A stretch of DNA of 64,000 bases, from NCBI GenBank assembly GCA_000708835.1, contig DF236950.1, positions 477,866-541,865 of the forward strand. The letters run 5' to 3'. Under the pieces are notes generated by a model that saw nothing but the letters and a program-made list of their open reading frames with translations, made no database searches and was not told the DNA's origin. The translations under genes were made by a program, and so were the position numbers. Each line of letters opens with the position of its first letter. Position 1 is the stretch's first letter. This DNA is from Klebsormidium nitens (taxonomy: Eukaryota; Plantae; Klebsormidiophyceae). This document shows positions 36,689 to 50,537 of the stretch, in pieces.

Positions 36689-38128
36689 CGGCTGCAACGA
36701 GGTTTGGTGATGCTTTTCGCGGTTTTCCCCATCTTGGAGATGACGAATCCGACCTGGTTGACAAGAGCGGGCCATTTTGCCTCTGGCCTTCTGTTGATCC
36801 GCGACTTCGTCGAATGATTTTAACACGCCTCTTTTGAATGTATTACATTGTGATTATTAAGAGGAGGTTTGCTTTGGTGAGGTAGGTGCGTCGGTCCGAT
36901 TAGGTTGCCCCTGGTTTTGAAGCTAGTGGTAAGGAAATACGATGTAGAGCTGTATTTAAGAGACGCATCTGACCACCGTCGGTTGAGAATTCACCCTCTG
37001 CTCTACCTGGGTCCCTCTAGAATCCCGTACGTATGAGAATAGGTACAAGCGGAAGCTGCCATACTAGAGCCGCAGTGAGTGCACGCTAGCACGTACAAAG
37101 ACAGAGGAGAAGCGCCTTTTCGGGCGCTGCTTAGAGCATATACTCAAAGCAAGTTGTTGGGCACTTTTATCGCCGACTACATAATCGGGGGCACACGTAC
37201 TCAATCCGTTGAGGCACCACGATCATTGATGTACATAATCTGTAACATCGAGGCGCCTCCAAAGGCTTCTCGATCCGACAGTCCGTCGTGAGGCCCACAG
37301 AATCCAGCGGAGCTGCAGCCACCCCGCCGTCGCTGTCAGCCTAGCTTTCATATAGTGCATCTTGGGTAGAGCGGCTGCCATTTGATCTCACGCACATGCG
37401 AGTTTTATGCTAGTTCGTAAGCAACCCTCACGTGATTGTCATCCGACGGCGGGCGGACTCAAAATGAGACCATCGAACATCCTAAGCGGATATCGGTTTT
37501 AAGGTTTGCATATGATAGTGAAAAGCATCTGTGCTATGATTCAGATCGTCGGTAGTATAGCCTGGCACGTGGCTAGCCGGGTTCCAGAAAAGCTGCACAC
37601 TCGATCGTGACGGTGGCAGCCGCCACATAGAAGCCCTCATCATTGGGCCAAAGTTTGACTCCAGGCGGCTGCTGCCCCATGCATGGTCTGGCTAAATACC
37701 CGGCAATATATGTGGCATTGCATACAGATCGACGAACTATTGTCTCGGCCAACGCCGTGTCAACACATGGCCTGCTGAGTGACTTGATGCACGGCTTACT
37801 TTTGACACATTCTTGGACTACGCGTGAATTGCCGAGCACGATGTCTATCTTTTTGAAAGGTGAAGGGCTGACAACGCGGCTATCGGATTCCAGCCATGCG
37901 TTCGTTTCTCAGAGCCGCTGTAGATCGCGTAACTTCCCTTACCGCAGCCTGTGGCGGGACACGAATTATCTAGCGTGCGCCAACCGGTGGACGGGTCCAC
38001 TCCAGAGTCCCGGGGCATCCTTTACAACGTTGCTGATCCTCTGGTTGAGGGTGGTCACGCAAGCAGCCTACATGTCTAATTGACGTTCTGCTTGACATTT
38101 TCGGTCACTTTCTACTGCGCTTCCGGTG

Positions 38129-40915
38129 CTACAGGGCTGCCTTCTTCTTGTTGAAGGCCATGCCACTTATGCCGCTTGGATCAGTGACGAACCTGCGCAA
38201 CCGCACGGTAAGATCAGCCTGTCACCTCCCTAGGTCGAGCACCGACACCCTGGATCCTCAACGCCGGACGGCCAAGCTCCTGAAAGGCGCTTAAGCACAG
38301 TATCCAGCTCAGTTGGCACGCCAAACGAAAAGAAAAGTAGAAACGGAACAACGCAGGACGCTTTGCGTATCTCACCCTAGAGGCTTGTAAAACGACACGA
38401 CGTTGGGCTCCGCATACAGGTTGATGTTTACAATCCCCTGCGAGGAACAGAAGCACCGTCAGCGAGAGGAAGAGCGGGCCGAAACAACGGATAGGATGAC
38501 AAATCGAACAACGAGGATCATCTAAATGTGACAACAGACACGAAAACAAATCTCTTTCTGAAGTCGCCACTTCAAGTCTGTAGTCAAGCTGCTCAAAGAG
38601 AGAGGGAAGTTTGAGGCTTTCGGCTCCGTACTTGACTCAAAGCCCTGCCAACCAGGCGAGTGCAAAGAGCATTCGCAAGGCAACGCAGAGGTCTCGTGCA
38701 AGCAATCCCGGGGCCGCACTCTGCATTCCTCAGTTGCACGACGATTGTGCCACCCCGGCGGTCCAAGCAGGCGTGCTCGTTCTACCAATGTCCTGCGTGC
38801 TAGAATTGTATCCCGCACAATCAATCGAAGGTCGGGCCGATTGAGGTGACAGTGCTTTCTACGGGACACTCTTGGTCGCGACTGGTTGACAGATTCGGAT
38901 CAACGAAGTTGCCCAGCGGATGGTTGCTCTTACCCTATTTAGAAGCTCCGCCATCAGCCTTTCGATAACCGCCTGCAACAGATGAGAGAGGCTTCTCGAC
39001 TGGCCATTTCAGACACAAGCAGAGAAAGAGAACAGCAACTCTGATCGGAGGGCCTGAGATTGCATCACCAGCCTGCCTGGCAGGTTCAAGTCCGCCGTGA
39101 CGCGAGTATCGCCGCAAATGCACACCACCTTCCGTCCGCCTAAGCCAAACAAGCGTGCATCGCAACCGGCGAGCTCGTTTTGCCGTCCCTCCAATGGTTG
39201 GGCCATCACCTTGCCGAGGCCTTTCTTCTGCCAGCCCGGGTCCACCACCACGTCCCAGATGGTCTGCACCACAGCACACCCCCGCATCACCCGCACCGCC
39301 ACCATGACTCGAACTGATGTACGACGCCAAGAGCGAAATGCAGCATCGGCAGTCCAGGTCAAAAGCATTTCGCAGGCGACCAAGTTCGAATGCAGTATGG
39401 CGTCCAGGCATGTACTTACAGCATTAAAGACCGCGTCCCCAGTGGCTCTGGCAAATGCAATCAGCCGGTCGTTTTCCGTGTCTAGGAGCCAAACCATCTG
39501 CATGCGAGGATGTGTCAAAAGAGTGGTGGAAAAGGCAGGCAATCAAAGCAGGTAACTTGGGTGCACGAGTCCCAGCGGCAGCTGCGAGGTGCAGGCTAAG
39601 CTTACGTGCTGGCCCTTGATGCCCCTGGCCTTTCAGGGCTGAACGACAGAGCAATCTTCGTCTCCCAAAACATCAGCATATGGGCAGGAAGAGCAACCAG
39701 AGTCAGTGGTTCCATCGCCAAGCAATATCCATGGCGACAAGTGCCGCTTACCGCTAGGGTGTTTTGAAGTGCTATCCGCAGCTTGGACCGCTTTCTGTGA
39801 GGGAACCCAACCTGCAGGCACCCATGGAATGCGCAGATTAGCCACAGGCAGCACATAATTGGGGGAACACAAGAGCAGTGGATTCGTTTGGCATGGCCCT
39901 TCTTCTCCTCCAATCGGATGCTGCCTCCTTGCCTCGCATCTCTCCACACTCTCCTGTTCAGAAAGGAGGGCCCACGAGCCCTGTCCTGCCAAACGCACCC
40001 CCCCCCCATCATTCTGAGGCCGAGCGCCGTTCAATTAAGCCCCCGCTTATTTCAACTGGCGTTGGGTGCCCACCTTGCCAAACAGTCCGTTGAGCTGGTC
40101 CAGGTCGACGCTGTCACCTTCAGAGTTGAAGCGCAGCCCCTGCACCAGCGCACCAGCCTCCTGTGATCAGAGGCCTTCAAGCGGGGCCACACCAGAGTCT
40201 GCAGGAACATTCCTTTCGAATGAGCCTGCTCAGGATCTTGACAGCAAGGCCCCGCATGATGTGAACAGTCTTTGCTTCAACAGAGTGCTGGATAAGCTGA
40301 CGCTTCCCTCACCTCTTCTGAGAATTCCTCATCTGAGATGCTGAACTTCTGCACACAATAGAATTGACTGGTCATAATTCAAGCACAATGGTGGTGTGCC
40401 AAGTGGTACTGCCACTAATGAAGCCCAAAAGACTAACAACCTGATCAAAGCAAGGACAATGCGGGGCTGATTTGGACTCTGCATCAATGCTGCCAGCTGT
40501 GTGTGTGTGGGCGTTCTGGGGGCTCAAAAAGCAGACAGACCCTCACTCCTGACAAGGTGATCCCCGCAGCTTCTGTTGTGAGAAGCCTTTCTCGCAGTCC
40601 GCTGTCCTGCTGTGACTGGTGTACCCCCTCGATCAAGCACCTCGGTGTCCAACAGCCCATCCGTTTTCTGCCCTGCCTCACGCCTCGTTTCCCATTGAAC
40701 CTTTCCAGCTGTGGATTCAGCGGTGCACTTGTGCCGCCACATTGCAGCGACCGAAGTGGATGCCGCCTGTCTGTCCAGCACGCCCTGAGATTGTCGAAAA
40801 TGGGGCCAGGCTCCGCATGTAGCCGCGAATGCGCACCAGGCTCCCCCACTAGGGAGCCATTGTGTAGAGTGTTGTTGCACAGCTGCAATCTCCACCCTGC
40901 GGCGGTGGCACACAT
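38129..40915 (-). CDS. GNAT-family N-acetyltransferase, plastid GNAT1/GNAT2(NSI)/SNAT-like, multi-exon
   Basis: The spliced product is ...DSVDLDQLNGLFGK|VGFPHRKRSKLRIALQNTLA|MVWLLDTENDRLIAFARATGDAVFNA|TIWDVVVDPGWQKKGLGK|AVIERLMAELLNR|GIVNINLYAEPNVVSFYKPLG|FVTDPSGISGMAF...*, including the acetyl-CoA motif QxxGLG. The start at 40915 (transit-peptide-like exon) is tentative. Confidence 0.85.
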
Positions 40916-41269
40916 GGTGAGCTGTTCGTCAGCGCCACCAAGAGCAAGACTGGCTTGGTCTGTTCTTCAGCCTTTTGGGTCTCAAAGTCAGAAGCCGCCT
41001 TAGCTACCTAGGTGTCTAGCTAGCTTCCTGCGTTCCCTCGAGTTCTGCCAGTGCCAGAGACTTGAGTCCAGACTCGGAGCTTCTCGTCAGAACCTCTGCC
41101 ACTCCGACATCCACCACTGCCAGATCATGTTGAAACTTGAAGACGGGAGTCAGAGGTCGAGAAAAGGGCGCTGCATTTTGCCATGCCTTCAAGTTCACGG
41201 TTTTCCTGATGCAACAGTGCAGGTCGCCCCTTCTGTATCTAGTTTTAGTCCAGCGCACGCATTCATCTG

Positions 41270-44200
41270 ATGGCGGAGAGCTGGAAGATGGCGCACGACA
41301 ATAGCACCTCTTCTCAGCACCACGATTCGCCCCTTGTTTTTGCCTATTATGTCACAGGCCATGGGTTGGGTCATGCGACACGCGTTGTGGAGGTAAGCCA
41401 TTGCGCATACTGCGATCGGCAGCATAGAATAAGGACAATCTGTCTCCTCTGGAAAGATGCGAGCCACGCCACCTCCTGCAAATGGCTGTCTCCACCACAT
41501 CAACAGAATTGCCACCGCGCATGGTGATTTGTTTGTCAGGCTTAGAATATTGAGGCTGCGCTCCTCTTTTGTTGCAGGTGACGCGGCATCTCATCGATGC
41601 GGGCCATGTTGTGCACGTTGTTACGGCTGCGCCTGAGAATGTGTTCTTCAGAGAGATACAGTCTGCCAATTTGCACGTCAGGAAGGTGGGCTGGTCCCTG
41701 CGTGCACAGTTACTCCTTGTACGCTGCCCTGCTTGTGTGGTGGTGGTGGTGGTGGTGGTATATACAACAGTAGGGGGTGGTGGTGGTATGTTACTAGTGG
41801 TGTAAGTGAGCGCCTTGCCTGTGACACCCCCCTAAGCCTGGTCTGATCCTGAAGGATTTCACCTTCCTGATGCTGCTGGTTACAGCCACTGAACCAAAAC
41901 AGTACCCCTGAGTGGTGATGCATTTCATAGAATTCTGAACGCTTTTGGTTCTACCATGTGATTAACATAACAAGCAGAAAAAGCGATTGATTCTTACTTC
42001 CAGGTGGGAACATGAAAGTCCTGCCACTTTCTTTGCAGGTGTTGCTGGACACCGGCGCAGTGCAATCTGATGCTCTCACCGTCAACAGAATTGCTTCTTT
42101 GGAACAAGTAAGCACCTCGCCACCAACAGAATCATCGTGGGTCTTCATGGGCTACTATCTCAAACTTTTCTTTGAGCTCTTTCTGGTGGAATAAAGAATG
42201 ACGGTCAAACATCAACATTGCTCGCTGTTGGAATCAGTGGTTCGGGCACCAAAGGGATTTGTGCTCATATTGAATCTGCATATGGAAAACCCCTGCATCT
42301 GCTTGCGTGCAGTACATGAAGACGGCTGTCCTTCCCCGCGAGTCCTTACTCAAAGACGAAGCGGCATGGCTCAAGTCAGTGGGCGCCAACCTGGTGGTGA
42401 GGCTGCCCACCGGATGGCAGGCCCCGCTTGTTCCAATGCGAGGTCAATGATGTCGGTCCACCTTGAGCAGTTCACACAAACAGATAGATCAGTGCATCAG
42501 TACGCAAGTGTGCCTACCGCTTGAATTGTAGATTCGTGCTTCTGATTCTTGGATTGTACGCAAGATTGGTTTGCTGAACGACGCTGCAATCATCAAACAT
42601 GGGGCCAATCCCAAACTAGAGCCTCTTGAGTCGAACTGATATGGAGACATCAACACCTGTTCTTGGTAATAACATGTGAGACTCTTGACCCTTTCGTTCT
42701 TGACTTGGTCTTATTGGCTTTGATCACTCAGCGCAATCAGCCATATCAGTCTGTGAGCTACTTGAGCCTCTTGTTCCTTTTGAGAAGACAATTGTGGCTG
42801 TTGTGTTGCCAGGTGTCTGACGTGGTCCCGATTGCGTGCGCTGCCGCGTCTGCTGCGGGCATTCCCTCCATGTGCGTGTCCAACTTCTCGTGGGACTACA
42901 TCTTCGCGGAGTACGTCATCGTGGCCGGGGCCCACCACCGCTCCCTCCTCTGGCAGGTCAGCCCCCGCAGTGCCACCCCGCTGCGCCCCAGCCTCACAGC
43001 TGCAAACATCAGGTGCAGCTTTTTGCCTGCGGCCCCCTTCCTGGAGGGCGCTATCTCATCTAGGGACGTGCTTTCTACCACAATCGAGTGAATTGGGTTC
43101 TGACTGTCCTGGATCCCCCTGACCCCCCTGTTCTGGGCTGGCATTTATGCCAGATTGCGGACGACTACTCTCAAGCCCTGGGCCTCCTGCGCCTCCCTGG
43201 CTACTGCCCCAGTGAGCCGTCATATGCGCGCCTTTGCCTCTGCGTGGGTCTGCGGTGCATCAACTTTATACCCAGCCGTTCTTATACAAATCAATTGCTC
43301 GCTTCTCCTGGTGTACCCCTTTCCAGGGTGACAGCATGGTAGGGACTCTTCCTGAAGCCCTGTCCGTCCCTCTGTGCAGTGCCCGCTTTCCGCAACGTTC
43401 TGGATGTCCCACTGGTGGTGCGACCCGTCCGCCGCAGCCGCCAGCAGGTGAGCGCCACTGTTGCCGCTTCGTTTGCGCCTGCTTGTCCCAGGCTGCTGCC
43501 CGGCGCCCTGCACTGGCGTCTGAGATGCACTACTGATGGGGAATCAACGCCAACCAGCGCCGTCGAGGGATACGTGTATAAGGGGTCAGGGTGTGATGGC
43601 GACGACGGGTGGGGCAGCTCAAGTCGGGTCTTTGGCTCTGTGGGGCATCATCCAGTTGAGGCAGAAGCTGGTGTGAGCGATGCTTCCGGCGTTTGGGCGA
43701 TCCTGTGCGCGGGTTCCGCCCGGTTGCGTGACTGCGTTCATGGCGGTGTGGTGTGAGCAGGTGCGCGCGGAGCTGGGGGTCAGCGAGGATACCAAGCTGC
43801 TGCTCTTCAACTTCGGGGGGCAGGTGAGCGAGCACGGGCAATGGAGTGGAGCATGCAACGGAAGCCCCTGTTTCTTGATTTGGATCGCTGGAAACAGACA
43901 CGAGTTAGTCTCGTAGTGTCATCATTCTGATTGTTCTCGAAAGTATCACTGATCTAGAAGATCTTGAGATGAAACTACTGTAATTGGACACGACCTACTT
44001 TCTTAAATCCTTGATGAACATTTCTCGCAATTCCATCGATCCCAGAAGACCTTGGTTGTCGAACCACGATACTTCGGCACGGACTAATCCGGTACCTCCA
44101 TAATGGAGGTTTCGCGCAAAATGTCACTGAGTCTAGAAGACCTCGATAAGCGAACTACGACACATGGACACACCTACTCTCGTACTTCCGTAACCAACTT

Positions 44201-47200
44201 TTCTCATAATCCCGTTGAACTTAAGACTCTAATTTACGAATCACGATTCAGGCCTAAGCACTGCAAAGGATATACAGTCGTTCCTTTTGGACTCTATGGT
44301 CTGCTTCGAGGACGCGGTAAAAATGGTTGTTCCTGCCGAGGTTTGCTGCTGTGAGTAATCGGAAAAAACTCCCGTCGTGGAACATGTTCCTGCCTACTAA
44401 CGTGACCCCCTCTTGTTTTGCAGGACGCCAGCTGGCAGCTGCAGGCCAGCTTCCTCCCTCCCGGCTGGAAGTGTCTGGTGAGCTCCGCCTCTTTCTGTCT
44501 GCCCTGGCGCACAGCCCCGTGCATCTTCCGATGGCCCGCCTGCCGCCTCGCCTCTTTCCTGCGGGTGTCCCCCGGGTGAGCGCTGCGGTGCTGCGCTGCA
44601 GGTGTGCACCGCGCTGCCGGTGCCGGCGCTGCCCCCCAACTTCCTGCGCCCGCACCACGACGCCTACACCCCGGACCTCATCAACGCCTGCGACTGCATG
44701 CTGGGTAAGCACCAGCGCTGGCAGATCGGACTCGCAAAGCTTTGTATGGGAGCGGCTGAGGGCTGTTGCCTACGAGGTTGCACCCCCCTCCTCGGTGTGC
44801 TTGGGCTCTCAGTGCAGCAACACGCGGCTGGGGTTGCCGTTGTGCTGGTCGTGGCAGTGACCTTGGTGCCGTGTGCTGGTCCAGGCAAGATCGGGTACGG
44901 CACCGCGAGCGAGGCGCTGGCCATGAAGAAGCCGTTTGTGTTTGTGCGCCGTGACTACTTCAGCGAGGAGCCCTTCCTGCGCAAGATGCTCGAGGCAAGC
45001 TGCACAGCCCTGGGCGCCAGGCCCGCTGGCCGACGTCGTCATACTCTCTCTCACCCTTTCGTAGCAATGCATATTGTGAGGTGGAGTCACTGTCTCTTGC
45101 TGGTGCATGCCTTTGTTCCCATGCTCTGCCACTCTTGTAAACCCCGCCGTGGCTTGTTGCCCCAGATTCATCGCTGCGCAGTGGAGATGAAGCGGCAGGA
45201 CTTCTTCGAGGGCCGCTGGCAGTCGTACCTGGACCGTGCCGCCGTCATCCACCCCAACTACTCGGGCCGGCTGGACGGAGGCAAGGTATGTGCAGCCCCG
45301 CCACTATCCACCCGGGGCCCACAGGGATGGGAGCACCCACTAGGCGGACGAATCGTGCTGCACGATTCGCCATCGGAGAGTGCTCTTTGGATCAGTTTCT
45401 TGTAGCTTCATGAGACGAGGAGATGCAAAAGGCACGACGGCGTTGCAGGTGGTCCAAATGCGTCCGCCGGTGTTGTGCTGCGTGAAACGTCCGCTGATCC
45501 TGCGGTGTGCTGCAGGTGGCGGCTCGCCTGCTGCAGGACGCCGCGCTGGGCCGCCTGGACACCCGCCACCGTGTGAGCCCTCCGCCCAACTTACGCCCGC
45601 GCCTGGCCCAGGGCCGTCAGGGGAAACGGCGCGCTGTCCTTCTCAGGAATAAGAAGACCCGCTTCTGTGCTGGCTGTCATGCACAACTTCCATCGGCGGA
45701 TCTTGATCGCGTGCGATTGTCGAGTCATGTCTGCTTGTGCGGGTTGCCATGGCCCGCCCCTGAGGCTGGCTGTGTGTGGCCTGTGGCGTGCAGCAGGGCG
45801 ACGGCGTGGGCCGGCTGCGCGACGCGATCGTGCTGGGGTACCAGCTGCACCGCATGCCGGGCCGCCTGGACATCGACGTGCCCGAGTGGTACCACGCCTG
45901 GGCCAGCGAGGCCGCCTCCCCCGCGCCGTCCCCCCTCCACGGCAGCCCCCTCCCCGAGCTGCGCCTGCTCGACACGCAGCCCGCGCGCATGGCCGACCAG
46001 CTCACCGACAGGTGCGCCCACTAGGAGGATGTTGCCTGAGCGCACCGCCAAGCATGGGGATAGGTCGCTGGCGCATTGATGACCGAGAAAACGCTTTCAA
46101 CAGCTTGACTGCCGCTGCCCGCCTTAGCCCCCCGCCCTTGCCGTGCAGCGCGCTGGCGTCCTTCACCCTCCTCCACGGCGACCTGTCGGGGCGGCCCGAC
46201 ACGGCGGCGTTCCTGGTGACCCTGGCGCGGCTGCAGCAGGAGGGCGACCTGGCGGCCTCAGACAGCGCGGCGCAGCCGACGGAGCGCGAGAAGCTGGCGG
46301 CGGGCACGCTGTTCCGGTGGGAGGACGAGCTGGTGGTGGCGCGCGCGCCGGGGCGGCTGGACGTGATGGGCGGCATCGCGGACTACTCGGGCAGCCTCGT
46401 GCTGCAGATGCCCATCAAGGAGGCCGCGCACGTCGCGCTGCAGAGGAGCGACCCCGGTGAGCGCGCGTGCGACGACCGGAGACATACATGCTTCCAAACA
46501 GCCTGGGGGCATGAAGCGTCAGTCTGCTCGTCGGTGAACAAGGACCGGTATCGATGTCGGTCGATGAAACAGTAAAAATAGCGTTCACTATAGCTACGTA
46601 CAAAATAAATATTGCAACAAGTTACGATTGTGGGGGTGCCCCATCGCCCGCATGGTTGTTCTCAGTTGGTGTTAATCGCCATACTGTCTGTTGCTTTGCA
46701 CCTGCAGCCAAGGCGGTGCTGTGGAAACACACCATTGCGCGGCAGAAGGCCAAGGGGCGGTACCCGCAGGCGGCGCTGCACGTCGTGTCGTTTGGCGCGG
46801 ACAAGACCAACCGCTCGCCCACGTTCGACCTGGACCTGGCGGACCTGCTGGACCCCGCCACGGGGCAGCCCCTCGAGTACGCCGCGGCGCGCGCGCTGTT
46901 TGAGCGCGACCCCAGCCAGCGGTGGGCGGCGTATGTGGCCGGGACGGTGCTGGTCCTCATGCGCGAGAAGGGCCTGCGCTGCGGCGACAGCCTGGCCATC
47001 CTGGTGCAGTCGGCGGTGCCCGAGGGCAAGGGCGTCTCCTCCTCCGCGGCCGTCGAGGTGACGGCCACGCTGTCCAGCATGCCGCTGTCTCGTACTCGTC
47101 CGTCGACATGTTGTCACGGGGCAACAACTGTGTGCAGTGTCGAGCTTGTCGGAAAAAGTGCCGTTGCAACTTGTTCAGTCAGCGCAGACTTTTTCGAGCT

Positions 47201-48878
47201 CTTTCAATCTAGCATGTGCTTCATTCCTGCCGAGCGTTATGGCTGCGTCGCCCCTGATAGTTTCTCCGCTGCCTCTCGGTGCCAGGTGGCGACCATGACA
47301 GCAGTGGCTGCGGCGTTCGACCTGTCGATCCCGCCCGCGGAGCTGGCTGCGCTGTGCCAGCTGGTGGAGAACGCGGTGTGCGGCAGCCCGTGCGGCATCA
47401 TGGACCAGATGGCCTCCTGCTGCGGCCACGCCGGGAAGCTCCTCGCGCTCGTGTGCCAGCCCGCGCGCGTGCTGGGCCACGTGGACATCCCGCCGCACAT
47501 CGCGCTGTGGGGCGTCGACTCGGGCATCCGCCACGCCGTGACCGGCGCCGACTATGGCTCAGTGCGCGTGGGGGCCTTCATGGGCAAGCGCCTGATACAG
47601 GAGGCCGCGCACGGAGAGGCCGCGGGGGTGGCCACGCGCGATACCGGGGACGCGGACGGCGACGACGGGCTAGCCAGCGCGGCGCACGGGGACGCGCAGC
47701 TGGAGTACCTGGTCAACGTGCCGCCGCACAGGTGACCGCCGCCGACAGGGACACCGCCGGACGACTCTCTTTGAGTTCCTGAGGTCCATACCGCAAAGAG
47801 GGGGCAGGGTCAGTGCGACAGCCATGCGTGCTCAGTTGTCACATGCACTCCCGCTTTTGCTGACACAGCTGTTGCGCTGGGGCAGGTACGAAGCGCTGTA
47901 CGCCCCGCTGCTATCGGAGGAGATGACGGGGCACGAGTTTGTGGCACGCTACGGCAGCCACCACGACCCGGTGACCAGCATCGCGGCGGACAAGACGTAC
48001 CCGGTGCGCGCGCCCACAGCGCACCCGATCTACGAGCACTTCCGCGTCGCCGCCTTCTCGGAGCTGATGCGCGCCCCGCCCAGCGCCGCGCAGCTGCGCA
48101 TGCTGGGGGAGCTCATGTTCCAGGTACACCACCCCGCGCCCCGACGTGCAGCCAGCACGAGCAGCTGCCCGCTGAAGCGAACCCGAGTTGTCGTCAAGCG
48201 TCGCTGCCTGCAGATTTGCACTGTGTTGCCCGTCGTGCCGCTTGATCCCCTCTGACGCGGGGTGGCTGCCTGCTTTGCACGCAGTCCCACACGAGCTACG
48301 GGCGGTGCGGGCTGGGCAGCGACGGCACGGACCGCCTGGTGGGCCTGGTGCAGGGCCTGGCCGGGGACAGCAGCGGCGCCACGCCCGCGGCGGGGCTGTA
48401 CGGGGCCAAGATCACGGGGGGGGGCAGCGGCGGGACGGTCTGCGTGCTGGGGGCCGCAGGCGAGCAGAGCAAGGCGCAGATCAAGCAGGTGCGGGCAGCC
48501 GGCGTCTCGGCTTCTGTGGGACGTCACAACGTGAACGGCACAATCGCCTTCATTGACCGATCTCCGATGCAAGGAGGTTTGCCCAACTGTCTCTACTGGC
48601 TGGTGACATCTCGTTCTGCTGGTTGATGTGGAAAAGGGCAGTGTTTCGCTCAGAGATGGATGGACCATGAGAAGGCAAGCGTGGGCAGTGCCGGCCGTCC
48701 TGCTGACGGCGGCGGTGTGTCTGTGCAGCTGAAGCAGCGGTACAAGCGCGCCACCGGCCACAGCCCGTACATCTTCGAAGGCTCCTCCCCCGGTGCGGCG
48801 CAGTTCGGCCACCTGCGCATCCGCCGGCGCCCCGAGCAGGCCCCGCCCAGCAAGGCAGGGGAAGCAGCGCAGCGGTAA
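41270..48878 (+). CDS. ARA1: L-arabinokinase (N-terminal glycosyltransferase-like domain + C-terminal GHMP kinase), ~17 exons
   Basis: Motifs: [136 protein letters not shown] and [15 protein letters not shown]. These match plant arabinose kinase. Confidence 0.95.
41737..41759. repeat. (GTG)n microsatellite in ARA1 intron 2
   Basis: About 7-8 GTG units are directly visible, with a shorter GGT run a few bases downstream. Confidence 0.85.
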
Positions 48879-49639
48879 AGAGAATGTGTACCAGGGTGAG
48901 CATAGGACCCGCTGGTGCCATGTTGCGCACTCTGATAGGGCATGCCCGTGTACGTCTTCATCAACAGGGTGCAAAGCGCAAGGTGAGGTATACATACAAA
49001 CAAGTGGCAGGAAGAATCGGATGGTGGTGATTGATCAGCGGAAATTCAGCATCTACTGGGTCTACTTAAAACGCGGTGGCTATCAAGCCTTCAGCTTGCG
49101 ACTGTGGTATCCTCAGCGCTTGCAATACTCAGGCTCGCTGCTGCATTTAAAATCAGCCTCCCAAGGGGGCTGGATCGCAAGGTGGTGCCATTGATTCAGT
49201 TCCGTGGGTCCAGCCGGCTGGCACCTACTTCAACTAAAGCAGAACTAAGATGGCGGCAGCAACAGGAACCTGATTTTACTAAATCAATTACCATGATACG
49301 CTTGAGGACTTGGATCGCCGCCATGCCATATACATGCATCACCTTATAGAGCTCAAACTGAGGCATGGGACGTAATGGAGCACATGGGGTTGGGGCTCTG
49401 TTTCAATCCAGCAAGCTTGATCTATACCTGATCTGATCTGCCCGCATGGCCTGGTCTTTTGATGATTTCTAAAAGACTCGGGCTGAGCTAGGGTTGTCAT
49501 CATCAATTGCATCGCATAAATGTTTTGTCTGCACCTCCTTCTAGATATTCATCGACAACGATCTGAGACAACAATAAGTCCGCATATTGCTTCTACAGGG
49601 TCGAGAAAGTTACGAAAATTGGGTGAGAATTTTACCACT

Positions 49640-49815
49640 ATGGTACGGATTCTGCACACACAGGAACGGCACCATATTCATTCTAGAACGATTCTGGCAC
49701 CAGAATCGTACCATTATGCTACCATGTTCTCATGTACCATTCGTCCACCGTTCCGGCACCAGATCAACATGTTGCTTGAGTCCTGGTACTATAGCCTCAC
49801 CATGCCGTTCTGGTA
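49640..49815. repeat. Cluster of short direct and inverted repeats (CG(A/T)TTC(T/C)GG(C/T)ACC family); possible non-autonomous transposon remnant
   Basis: A perfect hairpin ACGATTCTGG-CA-CCAGAATCGT lies at ~49689-49710. TGGTACGGATTCTG (49640) is inverted relative to CAGAATCGTACCA, and variants CGTTCCGGCACC and CGTTCTGGTACC follow. Confidence 0.45.
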
Positions 49816-50537
49816 CCTTTACAGTCTCATTTTGCACCGGGGGGTGTTCTACAATGAAGTATATATTGCTTGTAGCATACACGAGACGGTGTACACCTAG
49901 GATATTTGAACAGTCTCAAAATGGTACGTGCGGAATTGATCAAGTACTTAAAATCTTTAGGGTGCAGATTGCCATTAAGCTCCTCGATCGACCACAAAGT
50001 TTTGCAACATGCGGAAATTGATCAAGCCTGCACATGGCATGCCATGATGCACAAAGACAAAATCAAAGAATGATACTCTCAACCAACTCAATTTTCAAAC
50101 TTAGGTAGTATAGGGTATTCAAGTAGACAATGGACCACATGTTGACCTGAGTACTATATGGAATTTTGTGTGCATAGCCTGAACAACCATAGTTTCATGG
50201 ACGATGGACCTTTTTGTTGAAGGTGTGAAAAGATGCTCAGCCTATGTAGTGCCAACGCATGATGTTAGGCGCAAAGCATGGTCCTAGGAGTAGGTTTCTC
50301 GCCTATGAGTACTGTACAACAGTTTGAACTTCAATGACACCGCGTCCAAAAGCATAATCCTTTCAAGTTGTCAAAGCAACCAACCTTTGCGACATCAAAG
50401 CCACACGCACACTTGTGTTTATCATTGACCTGTAATCCGTAGCCAAGACCAACTAAACCAAACCTGGTCCATCAATGTGATGGGTATCAATGTCCTACAT
50501 CCCCTTATCTGCCACAGTCCCCCTAAGGAGGACTGCA

